Shown here: positions 17,881-26,918 of the stretch, piece by piece | Position numbering within the stretch: position 1 is the first letter of the stretch | Layout: each line of letters begins with the position of its first letter | Origin: a virus | Lineage: Duplodnaviria > Heunggongvirae > Uroviricota > Caudoviricetes | Direction: 5' to 3' (one strand) | IMG/VR virus record: IMGVR_UViG_2703718815_000004 | DNA: 34,281 nt | Made by a program: the position numbers and the translations under genes | Notes under the pieces: generated by a model | Databases searched by the model: none | The model's input: only the letters and a program-made list of their open reading frames with translations | Told to the model about the DNA's origin: nothing

Positions 17881-19195
17881 TGTTCAGGCTCCCTTGAGTG
17901 TTAATTTTTGCCAGACGACGCCCCGGAATTTTGAAAGCACTCAGCCAGACGTTCGGATCGCCCTGATATTCAGTAATGCGACGTCCAGCTTCATCGTTGC
18001 GGATACGTTTATGCAGTTGCCCCTGCGTACTCATCATTTCTTTTTCGATGGACTGACGGGCGGCACTGAAAATTGCGTCCTCAAGCACAGCCAGCGTTGC
18101 AGAATCCGCAATCGCGCGAATATTGACGTCCTTATGTGCCGGAGAGTGTTTCTGCATAGCGATTAGCGCACGCTTGCGGTAGTCCAGCGCATTTTCACCA
18201 GAAAACGGTGCTGGCGCGTTTTTACCGCAGGCACTGAATGCGGAGTCGGCTTTTGCCTGCGCTTCTGCCAGGGCAGAATCATTGCGTTCTTTTTCTGCCT
18301 CCTCGTCGGCCTTACTCTGTTCTTCTGCTCCGGAATCAGCCTTTGCTTTCTCCTCAGTGTCTTTGGCTGCTGCCTCGTCAGCTTTGGCTTTTTCTTCTGC
18401 CTCCTTTGCCGCAGCTTCATCAGCTTTACGCTGTTCCTCTGCGGCTTCATCGGCTTTGGCCTTTTCTTCGGCCTCTTTTTTCGCCTGTTCTTCGGCATCC
18501 GCCCGCGCTTTGTCCCGCTGTTCCAGTGAGTCCATGCGCGTAACGACACCATCGATTTTCTGATTAATGCCTTTCAGGGCATCGCTCACAACCCCCTGTA
18601 ACAGGGCCTGGAGTTCTTCTTTTTCCATCTCAATTTCACCTGTATTTGTCACTTCAACCCCTGCGGGGATCCGGTCTTTATCCCACACGCCCAGCGAGCC
18701 GTGGTCTTTCGTCACCAGGGCGATGTGATCAACAAGGAAAGGAACGCCCTCGATTAAAAAATTGGTGCCCCCTTCCTGTACTTCCACATTTCCTGATGTG
18801 CTGTTGAACACCACCGACGGACTTGTCGAAACATCCCCCTCAGCGATTTCTTCAACAATGCTCTGGAGGTAAACGCGGCACACCGCCCATACCTCGTCAC
18901 CCCGGATATACGGCAGCATGACACTGCCGACGATCCGCGATTTAAAATCCTCCTCCGTCAGAACTGCGTCGTCAGGATGGTTTGCGATAACTGGAAGGCC
19001 ATTGCATCGCCTTAAAAACTCCTCGTTCAGATAGAGCTTTGGATCACGCCAGACGTGCTCTTTCAGCCCGGCGCGATAGGCAAGCCCGGTTCCGGTTATG
19101 CGCAAATTCACCAGCCACATGTTGGAGAATTTCACCGGAGACGGTACGGTTCCGTCCCTGATGCGTTCTGCCACTTCAAGCTCGGTTAAACTCAC
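17873..19195 (-). CDS. Head scaffold/protease-like protein with an acidic Ala/Glu/Lys coiled-coil repeat
   Basis: 440 aa; central tandem repeats (EEKAKADEAAAK-type), typical of scaffolding proteins. Confidence 0.5.
   Translation of the reverse strand: MSLTELEVAERIRDGTVPSPVKFSNMWLVNLRITGTGLAYRAGLKEHVWRDPKLYLNEEFLRRCNGLPVIANHPDDAVLTEEDFKSRIVGSVMLPYIRGDEVWAVCRVYLQSIVEEIAEGDVSTSPSVVFNSTSGNVEVQEGGTNFLIEGVPFLVDHIALVTKDHGSLGVWDKDRIPAGVEVTNTGEIEMEKEELQALLQGVVSDALKGINQKIDGVVTRMDSLEQRDKARADAEEQAKKEAEEKAKADEAAEEQRKADEAAAKEAEEKAKADEAAAKDTEEKAKADSGAEEQSKADEEAEKERNDSALAEAQAKADSAFSACGKNAPAPFSGENALDYRKRALIAMQKHSPAHKDVNIRAIADSATLAVLEDAIFSAARQSIEKEMMSTQGQLHKRIRNDEAGRRITEYQGDPNVWLSAFKIPGRRLAKINTQGSLNNG
18290..18500. 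repeat. Imperfect tandem repeat of about 33 bp encoding the (A/E/K)-rich coiled-coil region of the scaffold-like gene
   Basis: Repeated gcctc(c/g)t..gc(t/c)tt(g/c)gc(t/c)tttt(c)ttc units visible in the sequence. Generates several spurious overlapping ORFs in other frames. Confidence 0.5.
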
Positions 19196-20009
19196 GTTTG
19201 CCCTTCTCCGTTAAAAATTCGTCGGGTAGTTTCTGAGGGGCGTAGATCGGCAGAGCATCGCAACTGCAATAAACCTCCTCCCCGGCAGCAGTGATTTCGT
19301 CATAAAAACCATATACGGGCTTAATCAGCCCCTGCTCCAGCGCCCACGAATCGCGGAGGAGATAAATTTTCTCGTCGCGCTCTTTGTGGTCCTGTCGGTA
19401 TTTGTAGCCCGGACGCCGCCAGTTAGAATGCCAGCGCAGAGCAATCGCACCACTCTGAACAGCCAGCAGATACTTAACGTTGCTCGCCAGCTTATGTCCC
19501 TGGTCAATTGCCACCCGGCGACTGATAAAATCCATATCCTTCACGGACTTCTGAAAACCGGACTTCACTTCCCGGCGATCAATTTCGCTCACCCCGTCAG
19601 GCGGAATGGACGTAACCCATCCCTGAAAACGCTGTATGGTTTTCTCGATAGCCTGTTCGCGGTTGAGTTTTATCAGGTTGGCACTGGCGAAAATTCGCCT
19701 GTCGAGTTCCTTGCGAAACTCAGGTTTCAGTTTTTCAACAGTGATTTTTTTAGGGCCGTCAGGAGGCTGATCCCGTAATGCCCCGCCGTCGATGACAAGA
19801 CGGCTGTAGATAGCGGTGAGATGTTTTCTGGCTACGGTATCATCAGGGGTTTCTCGCTGAGCGGCTACACGGAGTTTCCGGCACCATTCGAGCAATGATT
19901 TTTCGCTATCCCACCCGTGATTTACGTAGTAGTTAACGGCATCCGTCAGAACCTCATACAGCGTCCTGATCCGTTTCTTCTTCCTCACCGCCCGGCTGGA
20001 AATTGCCAT
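19176..20009 (-). CDS. Minor head / head morphogenesis protein (putative)
   Basis: ORF-track frame 19176..20147; start trimmed to the ATG at 20009 to minimise overlap with the portal gene. Start is uncertain. Confidence 0.4.
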   Translation of the reverse strand: MAISSRAVRKKKRIRTLYEVLTDAVNYYVNHGWDSEKSLLEWCRKLRVAAQRETPDDTVARKHLTAIYSRLVIDGGALRDQPPDGPKKITVEKLKPEFRKELDRRIFASANLIKLNREQAIEKTIQRFQGWVTSIPPDGVSEIDRREVKSGFQKSVKDMDFISRRVAIDQGHKLASNVKYLLAVQSGAIALRWHSNWRRPGYKYRQDHKERDEKIYLLRDSWALEQGLIKPVYGFYDEITAAGEEVYCSCDALPIYAPQKLPDEFLTEKGKREFNRA

Positions 20010-21393
20010 CAGGCGTCTCCTGCTTCGGTGGTTCATAATTCGCCAGCGCGTCCACATCAATGATGAGTGGAGCTTCGCCATAGGTTTGCGTGGCATTAAC
20101 AAGGCTTGCCAGCCATTCAGCGAGGGCGGCGCGGTTTTCAGGATCAACCTGTGGCGACACGGCAGAGAAAAGTGCTATCGCCTGTTGAATCACTTTACTG
20201 TCGCTTTCCCGGCGTTTGTCCGGCGACTCCTCCACCAGCTCCTGCCACGTCGCGGTAAACTCGCGCCGCCACTGGTAAAACGTGGTTTTATAGTCCTCGG
20301 TTATGATGTCCGGGTAATCATTTTTCAGCGACTGATAAAATTCCTCGTTCCAGGCGATGTACTGCACCAGGCGTTCGAAATAATCCATCACAGGTTCAAT
20401 CTGCTGGCGTACACCATCGATATACTGGCTGATGGCTTTCGAGTCCTCCTTACCTTCACCGAATCCGTTACTGAATGCTTCTTCCTTGATAATAATGGCC
20501 GGAACGTCACTCCCGGCGGCAATATCAGCAATGATATTGTCGCGGGCAGTATTCAGCGCCCCGTCGATGTTTTGCAGGTTCAGTGAACTTACGTCTTCGT
20601 CTTTTCCAATACTCAACACGCCTTTATTTTTGGCGGCTTTCACGTTTTCCCTTTTACGCCCCGTGGCAGCAGCCATGATCCCGTCCATTTTCGAACCGTT
20701 CTGCACAACTTTAGCTACCAGTACGCCCGCTTTCTGACTAACGAGATCATTCGCCTCCATCGTGTTGATATAGGATTTCAGGGAATAAAGAACGCGCTGA
20801 AACACACTTCGTCCGGTGAATCCGAACGATGAACTCTGAAACTCCAGATAAATCGGTGTGCCGTTGAAGATTTTCAGTGTGCGTGATGGATGCCAGTCTT
20901 TTCCGCCAATCTTCAGCCTTTTGTTGGCTTCCTGGAAAAACGGGCTGTTGGGGTTCTGGTCAGTCACCATCGAACCGGAAGCGTTCAACGGGTCCCACGC
21001 GTTGATATACACGTCATCTTCTGTCAGTCCGAACGTCGGAAGCGGTTCACGACATGGAACGCTGTCGGTGCCCACGCCGATCGCTGCAGCACCGTAGCAA
21101 CGAGACAGAAAAAACAGATTTTTAATCTTCTCGTTGACCTTCATGCGTTCCCATACCTCCTGAAAACGCCTCACAACCCTCTCGTCAGGGTCTGTCTCCA
21201 CGTTATACTGGCGCGGCTTACACATCGCCATCAGTATGGGTTTTTCGACAAGTTTTCCGCCCAGAGGATGGAATTGCCACAGCTGCTTACACAATTCATA
21301 GCCAATGTCGGTTCCCGGCTGAATTTCTTCAGCCTCAAGAATATGCATCAGTGCTGAACCGAGGCCGCCAGTAATCTCGATCTCTGCCATCAA
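19954..21393 (-). CDS. Portal protein (putative)
   Basis: 479 aa ORF immediately downstream of the terminase large subunit, with an acidic C-terminus; called by synteny. Confidence 0.55.
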   Translation of the reverse strand: MMAEIEITGGLGSALMHILEAEEIQPGTDIGYELCKQLWQFHPLGGKLVEKPILMAMCKPRQYNVETDPDERVVRRFQEVWERMKVNEKIKNLFFLSRCYGAAAIGVGTDSVPCREPLPTFGLTEDDVYINAWDPLNASGSMVTDQNPNSPFFQEANKRLKIGGKDWHPSRTLKIFNGTPIYLEFQSSSFGFTGRSVFQRVLYSLKSYINTMEANDLVSQKAGVLVAKVVQNGSKMDGIMAAATGRKRENVKAAKNKGVLSIGKDEDVSSLNLQNIDGALNTARDNIIADIAAGSDVPAIIIKEEAFSNGFGEGKEDSKAISQYIDGVRQQIEPVMDYFERLVQYIAWNEEFYQSLKNDYPDIITEDYKTTFYQWRREFTATWQELVEESPDKRRESDSKVIQQAIALFSAVSPQVDPENRAALAEWLASLVNATQTYGEAPLIIDVDALANYEPPKQETPDGNFQPGGEEEETDQDAV

Positions 21394-21408
21394 AAATATC
21401 CTGATTTT

Positions 21409-22737
21409 TTACAACGCCGCGTAATTACCGTGCGCGATTATCAATCCATAGGTATAACAATCGAAAAGGTCATCAGCACGTTTATGCGCGTCTTTGTCTG
21501 CCAGGTGGAACCCGGCGATTTGTTTAATGAGGTGGTTTGCGGTGGTACGTTTGAATGAAACGGTCTTGTCGTAAGCCTCCCGGACGATTTTGCACACCCC
21601 CTGATAGTGGTAGCTGGATGCCATCACCGCCCGTTCGTCTTTACCTTTGCTGGTCAGTGCCGATTTAATCGGCGTCATATCCCAGCCTTCGGTTTCCGCC
21701 TTCTGGTTGAGGATTGCCCCCATCGCGGCGTCTTCCATAAAAATTCCCTGGCTGCCCAGACGCGGACGGCATAATTTCGCGAGGCGCTCGAGGTTGTCAT
21801 AAACGCCGGGGATATATTCAGGAAGCAATGACGCTTTAATTTGCGTCACATCCCAGTCAATAATCGTCAGTTTTGGCTCGTCCGAATACGTTGACTCATA
21901 AGCGAAATACACCACGCCAGTACCATCATTTTCGGTCCCGCCTTTCAGCGCCGTATCCATCACTGCGAAAATCATGTCGCAGTACGGCGGCATCTCAATT
22001 GGTTGACCGTCCACCAGCAGCTTATCGACATCGAGTAACGCGTCTTTGGACCAGTCTACGAACTCTGCAAGATATTCCTGCTGCCAGACGCGCGGATCGG
22101 ATTTCTTCTCCGTTTCCTCCAGTTCTTCTTTCGGAATATACGGATTCGATGAAGTTGGCGCATGGTGCATAACAAATCCCAGGGATTCATCGTGGCATAT
22201 CGCGTAGAAAAAATTGCTCTCGTCGATACCGTTTGGTGTGGAAAATACCCACGCACAGCCACGGTAATCGACAAGCGTCGGGCGTATCGCTCGGGGCCAG
22301 ATTTCCTCGAGCATTTCCGGCGATTTAGTGAATGCGGCCTCATCAATCAGCACAGCGTGATATTTACGCCCACGCCCGGCCAGTTTGTTATTGTCCGTTA
22401 CCCAAAAGTCGATGCGCCCCCCATTGCGGAGAATGATGCGCTTTTCATTTTTTGACTGACTGAGGATCAGCGGTTGCAGAACGGCGCTAATTTCATCCCA
22501 GATTTCCTGGTACTGCCGGTATTGCGCGGTAAAAATCCCCACCCTACCCGCGATAAGTTGCCCGGTGGTAGGAACGGCAAATTTCCGCGTAGCGAAACTG
22601 GTAGCGATGTTCACCAGCATCACCGTTTTACCCCAGCGACGACCACAGCATACCGCGTGGAAGCGTTCTTCTATTGCCGCCGTCCATGCAGCTATTTGCC
22701 CCTCATGAGGTTTTGGGAGATAGATTTCAATCGACAT
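21409..22737 (-). CDS. Terminase large subunit
   Basis: 442 aa; N-terminal Walker-A-like CCGRRWGKT and ATPase/nuclease organisation; overlaps the TerS gene end. Confidence 0.8.
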   Translation of the reverse strand: MSIEIYLPKPHEGQIAAWTAAIEERFHAVCCGRRWGKTVMLVNIATSFATRKFAVPTTGQLIAGRVGIFTAQYRQYQEIWDEISAVLQPLILSQSKNEKRIILRNGGRIDFWVTDNNKLAGRGRKYHAVLIDEAAFTKSPEMLEEIWPRAIRPTLVDYRGCAWVFSTPNGIDESNFFYAICHDESLGFVMHHAPTSSNPYIPKEELEETEKKSDPRVWQQEYLAEFVDWSKDALLDVDKLLVDGQPIEMPPYCDMIFAVMDTALKGGTENDGTGVVYFAYESTYSDEPKLTIIDWDVTQIKASLLPEYIPGVYDNLERLAKLCRPRLGSQGIFMEDAAMGAILNQKAETEGWDMTPIKSALTSKGKDERAVMASSYHYQGVCKIVREAYDKTVSFKRTTANHLIKQIAGFHLADKDAHKRADDLFDCYTYGLIIAHGNYAAL

Positions 22738-23818
22738 TATCCACTCCCGGCATCGGCAGAGAGTTGTGGATAATTATTTCGTTATTCTCACCACCCACGC
22801 CTTTTTTGAGGTTTTCAATCTCAGTGCGCAGCTTTTCGTTGCGAAGCCTCAGTCCTTCAAGCTCCAGATCATTGCGACTGTCAGTTGCACCACCAGCAGA
22901 ACTTCCTTTCGTCGCCATTATCAGCTTGATAAGTTCGCGCCGGGCGGCAGCCTTATCCTCCAGCAGGATCTCAACACCAAATTTCCCGAGCTTTGCCCCT
23001 GCATATAATTGCCGCGCCTCCCCATCAAGCAGAGTGGTATCAGCCATATAAAGCTGCCCCGTTCCCTCACCGCAGCACTTCGGGCAGTCCGGATTGGGTA
23101 TGGCGTTATCAACAAAGCCGAGGCCTCCATATTCCGGCTCGGGTTTGCCATCTCTGGAGGCCTGTGCCGCTGCCTTATCGAATTCTGCAATATCACGCCA
23201 CTGGTAGAGATGATTCTCGCCCCAGCAATAACGGCAGTTAACACGGCGAAATTGTGCCAACTGATTGGGGTCGGCCTGGACAATAGCCATCAACTGGCTC
23301 ACCAGTAAATCCAGGTCTGCGGTATAGCGTTTCTGGTACTGATTGCGGAAGTAGCTAATGGCACGATAAACCCTGGCATTTCTAAGCATACGGCTGGCGT
23401 TGCTGTTAGCTGTCGCACCTTGCCCCTCATAACCAGCCAGTCGGTATGCCTCTGTCGGCTTTTTCCCCTGAGCAACCAGCATCGCAAACTTAGCCTGCTG
23501 GTCAGAAATGCCGAATTCATCGGGACAGAATGAAATTTCCTCTGCGTCGCCCTCATTCAGGCACGCATCGGATACTGACTTTTTTATCTGAGATTTTCCG
23601 TTCCGCTTTTGCGCAGTCTGCGCAGATTTTTTCTGCGCACTTTTTTGCGCAGTTTTGCGCATTTCTGTCTGCGCATTTTTCGGAGGTTTTTTGATGTAAC
23701 GACGGGCTGTTGCGTAATTCAGTCCCCTTGCTTCACACCATGCCACCGGAGATATACCGGAGCGGGTGTATTCAGCAATATACTCCTGCTGCAACGCCCC
23801 CCAGTCCGGTCTGCTCAT
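22727..23818 (-). CDS. Terminase small subunit-like DNA-packaging protein (unusually long, with a Cys-rich insertion)
   Basis: N-terminal HTH-like region; central segment DQQAKFAMLVAQGKKPTEAYRLAGYEGQGATANSNASRMLRNARVYRAISYF resembles the small-terminase family pattern; Cys cluster CRYCWGENH...CPKCCGEG. Confidence 0.6.
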   Translation of the reverse strand: MSRPDWGALQQEYIAEYTRSGISPVAWCEARGLNYATARRYIKKPPKNAQTEMRKTAQKSAQKKSAQTAQKRNGKSQIKKSVSDACLNEGDAEEISFCPDEFGISDQQAKFAMLVAQGKKPTEAYRLAGYEGQGATANSNASRMLRNARVYRAISYFRNQYQKRYTADLDLLVSQLMAIVQADPNQLAQFRRVNCRYCWGENHLYQWRDIAEFDKAAAQASRDGKPEPEYGGLGFVDNAIPNPDCPKCCGEGTGQLYMADTTLLDGEARQLYAGAKLGKFGVEILLEDKAAARRELIKLIMATKGSSAGGATDSRNDLELEGLRLRNEKLRTEIENLKKGVGGENNEIIIHNSLPMPGVDNVD

Positions 23819-23821
23819 CAG

Positions 23822-24073
23822 TTAGTCCTGATTTTTATCCACCCTGAGTAGTTCGCGCAGGGCAAAGGCATCCCCTTTTCTGGCAAGCTTAAACAATGCC
23901 GCCCGTAGCTCGGCTTCACCTTTCGCTCTGCCCTTACGGATGGACGCATAAAAATTTGTCATTGCTTCCCGATTTTCTTTCAGTCGGTTCAGATCAACAT
24001 CCAGAACGTCAGCGATTTGTTGTGCAGTCATCCGGCACGCTGCCAGAGACTCGACTTTCGAATACGGAATCAT
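23822..24073 (-). CDS. Small hypothetical protein upstream of the terminase genes
   Basis: 83 aa; GGGGGTG Shine-Dalgarno upstream of the ATG at 24073; overlaps the 3' end of the upstream gene. Confidence 0.4.
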   Translation of the reverse strand: MIPYSKVESLAACRMTAQQIADVLDVDLNRLKENREAMTNFYASIRKGRAKGEAELRAALFKLARKGDAFALRELLRVDKNQD

Positions 24074-24941
24074 TTGTCACCCCCATTGATATGCAGGGTG
24101 TCTTCTTCCTGTATTTTTCGTGAATGATTTTTACTGCAGCGTTGTTCCAGGTGACCTGATGGTGAATGCGTTTATGGCTGGCGCCCATCAGGGATATTTT
24201 TACGCACGACGGCGCATACATGACGGAGTAAAAACTTTTAACGTAGGTTCCGGAATCCAGATACAGTTCGGTCATTCCGCCGCTGTTTTTCTGCGTCTGT
24301 TTCTGCCCTAACTGGACAGCACCAATCGTCATAAACAACTCACCACGGCGACCGAGATTCGTGTACGTATTCACATCCTCGTTAATGCGCCCCATGAATG
24401 AGAACGGTCGATCAACCGAACAGATAAAGCTGTTCATTGCCTTGCGTTTCACCCACGAAGCATGGCCGCCATTGTCACCAAGAAAATCCCCGCCCTGCGA
24501 CATAGCGATGGAAAGAGCAGGTATTGATTCGTAGTACGCCAGCATTTCAGAAAGGATCGCATCCAGTTTCCTTATCGGAAAATAGGCCTGGTCATAGTTG
24601 CGATCCACCCGAAACTGGAACTCGTGATAATCATCATCGAGCTGAATGAAGTATTGACACCCGACCAGTTTTGCCAGGTCGAAACAGGCATTACGGGCGT
24701 AAAAAATTGAGCGGCGGTCACAGAAATTATCGGCTTCGTCAAAACGACTGGCGATATCGGCTTTGGAAAACACCAGCACCTGTTCACCAAATTCAGCTAT
24801 GTATTGATGCCATGTCTTATCTTCATCATCAACAACGATAAAAATTTTCCCGGTATAGCCAGCACGACGCAACGTCCGGTAAGTCAGAACTTTGTCCGGT
24901 CGCCCGTGAGTCAGAATAAAGGCGCAAAAATCATCACGCAT
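24009..24941 (-). CDS. GT-A-fold glycosyltransferase-like protein (hypothetical; two DXD-type motifs)
   Basis: Segments FILTHGRPDKV...KIFIVVDDEDK and YFIQLDDDYHEF resemble Rossmann-like nucleotide-sugar transferase motifs. Start is either 24941 (GGAGGAGGAGGA upstream) or 24962. Motif-level inference only. Confidence 0.45.
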   Translation of the reverse strand: MRDDFCAFILTHGRPDKVLTYRTLRRAGYTGKIFIVVDDEDKTWHQYIAEFGEQVLVFSKADIASRFDEADNFCDRRSIFYARNACFDLAKLVGCQYFIQLDDDYHEFQFRVDRNYDQAYFPIRKLDAILSEMLAYYESIPALSIAMSQGGDFLGDNGGHASWVKRKAMNSFICSVDRPFSFMGRINEDVNTYTNLGRRGELFMTIGAVQLGQKQTQKNSGGMTELYLDSGTYVKSFYSVMYAPSCVKISLMGASHKRIHHQVTWNNAAVKIIHEKYRKKTPCISMGVTNDSVFESRVSGSVPDDCTTNR

Positions 24942-25725
24942 ATTCCTCCTCCTCCCCGCCATGCATGATCTCCACCATACGCTGCGTCATCCGGACAAAT
25001 CCATTTTCGATAGCCTGCTGATAATCAATGATCACCAGCGCCGATTCCTCGAAAAAGCACTGAATTTCAGCGGGGGCGTGAGCGTAATAGTCCGCAATTC
25101 TGCTGAAATTAAACACCGTATGACGTTCTGCCGCACACAGGAGGAATTTCTCAATATCAGGATCAAGGGACGCCGAACGTATCCGGCTGATCAACTCCTG
25201 AGTTTTCGTATCGTCGTACAGTTCACTGATATCTGGTTTATCGCCCGACGGCTCATAAACAGGCGTATCAATTTTCGTCGTGTACGGCTCCTCCTCATTT
25301 CCTGTACCTGGCAAAACATCCGTCAACAATTCATCAATTTCTGTTGAGCTGAATCCTGTCAGGGAGACATCAAAATCAGCATTGATTAGGTCCGACAGCT
25401 CCATCCGCAACAGATCTTCATCCCAGCCAGCATTCATCGGCAGGCGATTATCTGCCAGGCGGTACGCCTTTTTCTGCTCATCCGTCAGGCCAGACAGAAC
25501 AATGACCGGAACAGAATCCATTTTGAGCATTTCAGCCGCCATAACACGACCGTGACCCGCAATAATTTCGCCCTTTTCGTCAATCAGCACCGGATTAGTC
25601 CAGCCGAATTGCTTAATACTTTCTACCAGTTGTACCACCTGCTCAGTACTGTGCGTCCTGGCGTTGTGTGCATACGGAGACAGTTCTTGTAACGGGCGAT
25701 AGACGATCTTCAATTTCTCGCTCAT
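24934..25725 (-). CDS. ParB-like nuclease domain protein (ParB/Srx N-terminal domain)
   Basis: N-terminus KIVYRPLQELSPYAHNARTHSTEQVVQLVESIKQFGWTNPVLIDEKGEIIAGHGRVMAAEML matches the ParB N-terminal domain pattern; GAGG Shine-Dalgarno upstream. Confidence 0.75.
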   Translation of the reverse strand: MSEKLKIVYRPLQELSPYAHNARTHSTEQVVQLVESIKQFGWTNPVLIDEKGEIIAGHGRVMAAEMLKMDSVPVIVLSGLTDEQKKAYRLADNRLPMNAGWDEDLLRMELSDLINADFDVSLTGFSSTEIDELLTDVLPGTGNEEEPYTTKIDTPVYEPSGDKPDISELYDDTKTQELISRIRSASLDPDIEKFLLCAAERHTVFNFSRIADYYAHAPAEIQCFFEESALVIIDYQQAIENGFVRMTQRMVEIMHGGEEEEYA

Positions 25726-25743
25726 ACAGCCTCGCTTTATGAA

Positions 25744-25790
25744 TAAAAAAGCCCGCTATCGACCAGTGCGCTGGGTGCGCGGCGGGTGCC
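25744..25790 (-). terminator. Candidate structured region with U-tract upstream of the ParB-like gene
   Basis: GC-rich nested stems (cccgc...gcggg) followed on the minus strand by CTTTTTTAT; weak call. Confidence 0.3.
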
Positions 25791-25843
25791 GATGACGAGC
25801 TTTGGCATTATCGCAGCCCCTCACAGAAGAGCTGCTGTAATGC

Positions 25844-26023
25844 CTAACCATCCTGATGTTGTTGTGATTTCGCATTAACTAAGTCAATGAAGTCCTGGCA
25901 CATTTCAAGACGATGACCATGATCATCGACAAAGTTATAACGCCGAAATATATCAATAATTTCATTGGGACTTTTCCCCGCAATATGAGGATATTGTTTT
26001 GATTCGTAATTATGTTTCATCAT
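25844..26023 (-). CDS. Small hypothetical protein (59 aa)
   Basis: ATG at 26023 with GGAG 5 nt upstream. Diverges from, and overlaps, the start of the plus-strand KTSC gene. Confidence 0.35.
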   Translation of the reverse strand: MMKHNYESKQYPHIAGKSPNEIIDIFRRYNFVDDHGHRLEMCQDFIDLVNAKSQQHQDG

Positions 26024-26211
26024 CAAATCTCCAGTCAGTTGGGTATGATTCAGCAACTCTCACACTGGAAATAGCCTTTCACAATGGAGGTATCTATCAA
26101 TACTCTGGTGTTCCATCCAGGATCTATCAGGGTCTTATGAATGCCAGTTCAAAAGGCCAGTATTTTCACCAATTCATTAAAAATGTGTATCCATACCGTA
26201 AGGTAGGCTAA
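25999..26211 (+). CDS. KTSC domain protein
   Basis: 70 aa; N-terminus IRNYVSSSNLQSVGYDSATLTLEIAF matches the KTSC domain pattern. Apparent TTG start at 25999 with GAGGA 7 nt upstream. Confidence 0.55.
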   Translation: MIRNYVSSSNLQSVGYDSATLTLEIAFHNGGIYQYSGVPSRIYQGLMNASSKGQYFHQFIKNVYPYRKVG

Positions 26212-26337
26212 CCTTCAGTGGGGGAGAAGAGCATCCCCCACATTCATATATCAACCAGATTAGATAACAGAATTTCATGCCTCCTAGACAATGGCGCCCT
26301 TTCATTTTTCAGCGAAATATTCTGCTCTTACGGGCGA

Positions 26338-26520
26338 TCAGTTCTGCATACACTGCCGAACACTGTCGGCAATTTTGCAGACCTGAGAAGCTGTATCTAA
26401 AAGTTGGCGCGCCTTATCCAGGCTAACGCAGCCCACCAATAAAAAAGGCACCAGTATCGCTACCAGTGCCCATTTCGCCGCCGTTCGCGGCATTCTGTGT
26501 GTCCAGTGTTTTCTGCTCAT
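26338..26520 (-). CDS. Lipoprotein, possible o-spanin (Rz1-like)
   Basis: Lipobox LLVGC after the hydrophobic segment WALVAILVPF. Start is uncertain (26592, 26520 or 26493). Directly follows the endolysin gene. Confidence 0.4.
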   Translation of the reverse strand: MSRKHWTHRMPRTAAKWALVAILVPFLLVGCVSLDKARQLLDTASQVCKIADSVRQCMQN

Positions 26521-26534
26521 AACACATCTGGTTA

Positions 26535-26918
26535 TCAGCGTTTCAACTGAAAGTGAGGTCCGTCTTTCAGTGTTTTCCAGTCCCCGCCCCATTCGATGGC
26601 AGTTCCCAGCTCTGCGGCAGCCTGCTTAAATGCCTGCGCTATTTTCTCGTACAGAGGCCAGTCCCATGACACCTGGCTGCCAACCCAGGCAACAACATCC
26701 ACCGCATCACCGGTCAGGTGGCGGCTGTTCATGGTCTGGCTTTTCCCTTCCGCGACCAGCTGTTTCTGGCGTTCTTTCGTGCGCAGCCCTTCCGTAATAC
26801 CGAAATCAACCTCCGTCAGCTCCAGCGCACGGCGAACGACAGCAACCAGCTGTGGTTTTACGCCCTCCAGATTTTTCTCGCTCCGACGGCTGAATCTGAA
26901 TTTACCCGACATACTCAC
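26535..26918 (-). CDS. Endolysin, peptidase M15 (VanY / L-Ala-D-Glu peptidase type)
   Basis: 127 aa with SRHLTGDAVD...WGGDW...DGPHFQL, the hallmark zinc-binding motifs of M15 phage endolysins. Confidence 0.8.
   Translation of the reverse strand: MSMSGKFRFSRRSEKNLEGVKPQLVAVVRRALELTEVDFGITEGLRTKERQKQLVAEGKSQTMNSRHLTGDAVDVVAWVGSQVSWDWPLYEKIAQAFKQAAAELGTAIEWGGDWKTLKDGPHFQLKR

Noticed and set aside
18163-18563. Three overlapping ORFs (18163-18552 minus; 18238-18543 and 18282-18563 plus) rich in Lys/Arg/Pro or Ala/Ser
   Set aside because: They are alternative-frame readings of the tandem coiled-coil repeat inside the scaffold-like gene; repeat DNA keeps all frames open.
20086-21357. Plus-strand ORFs (20086-20586, 20432-20737, 20858-21097, 20890-21357) within the portal gene region
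   Set aside because: Antisense to a long, synteny-supported minus-strand gene; no independent support.
22921-23308. Several overlapping ORFs on both strands inside the TerS-like gene
   Set aside because: Shadow ORFs in a GC-rich coding region; none has a start context better than the main frame.
26218-26400. Plus-strand 60 aa ORF downstream of the KTSC gene
   Set aside because: No RBS or motif; overlaps the 3' end of the spanin-like gene on the opposite strand; probably non-coding.
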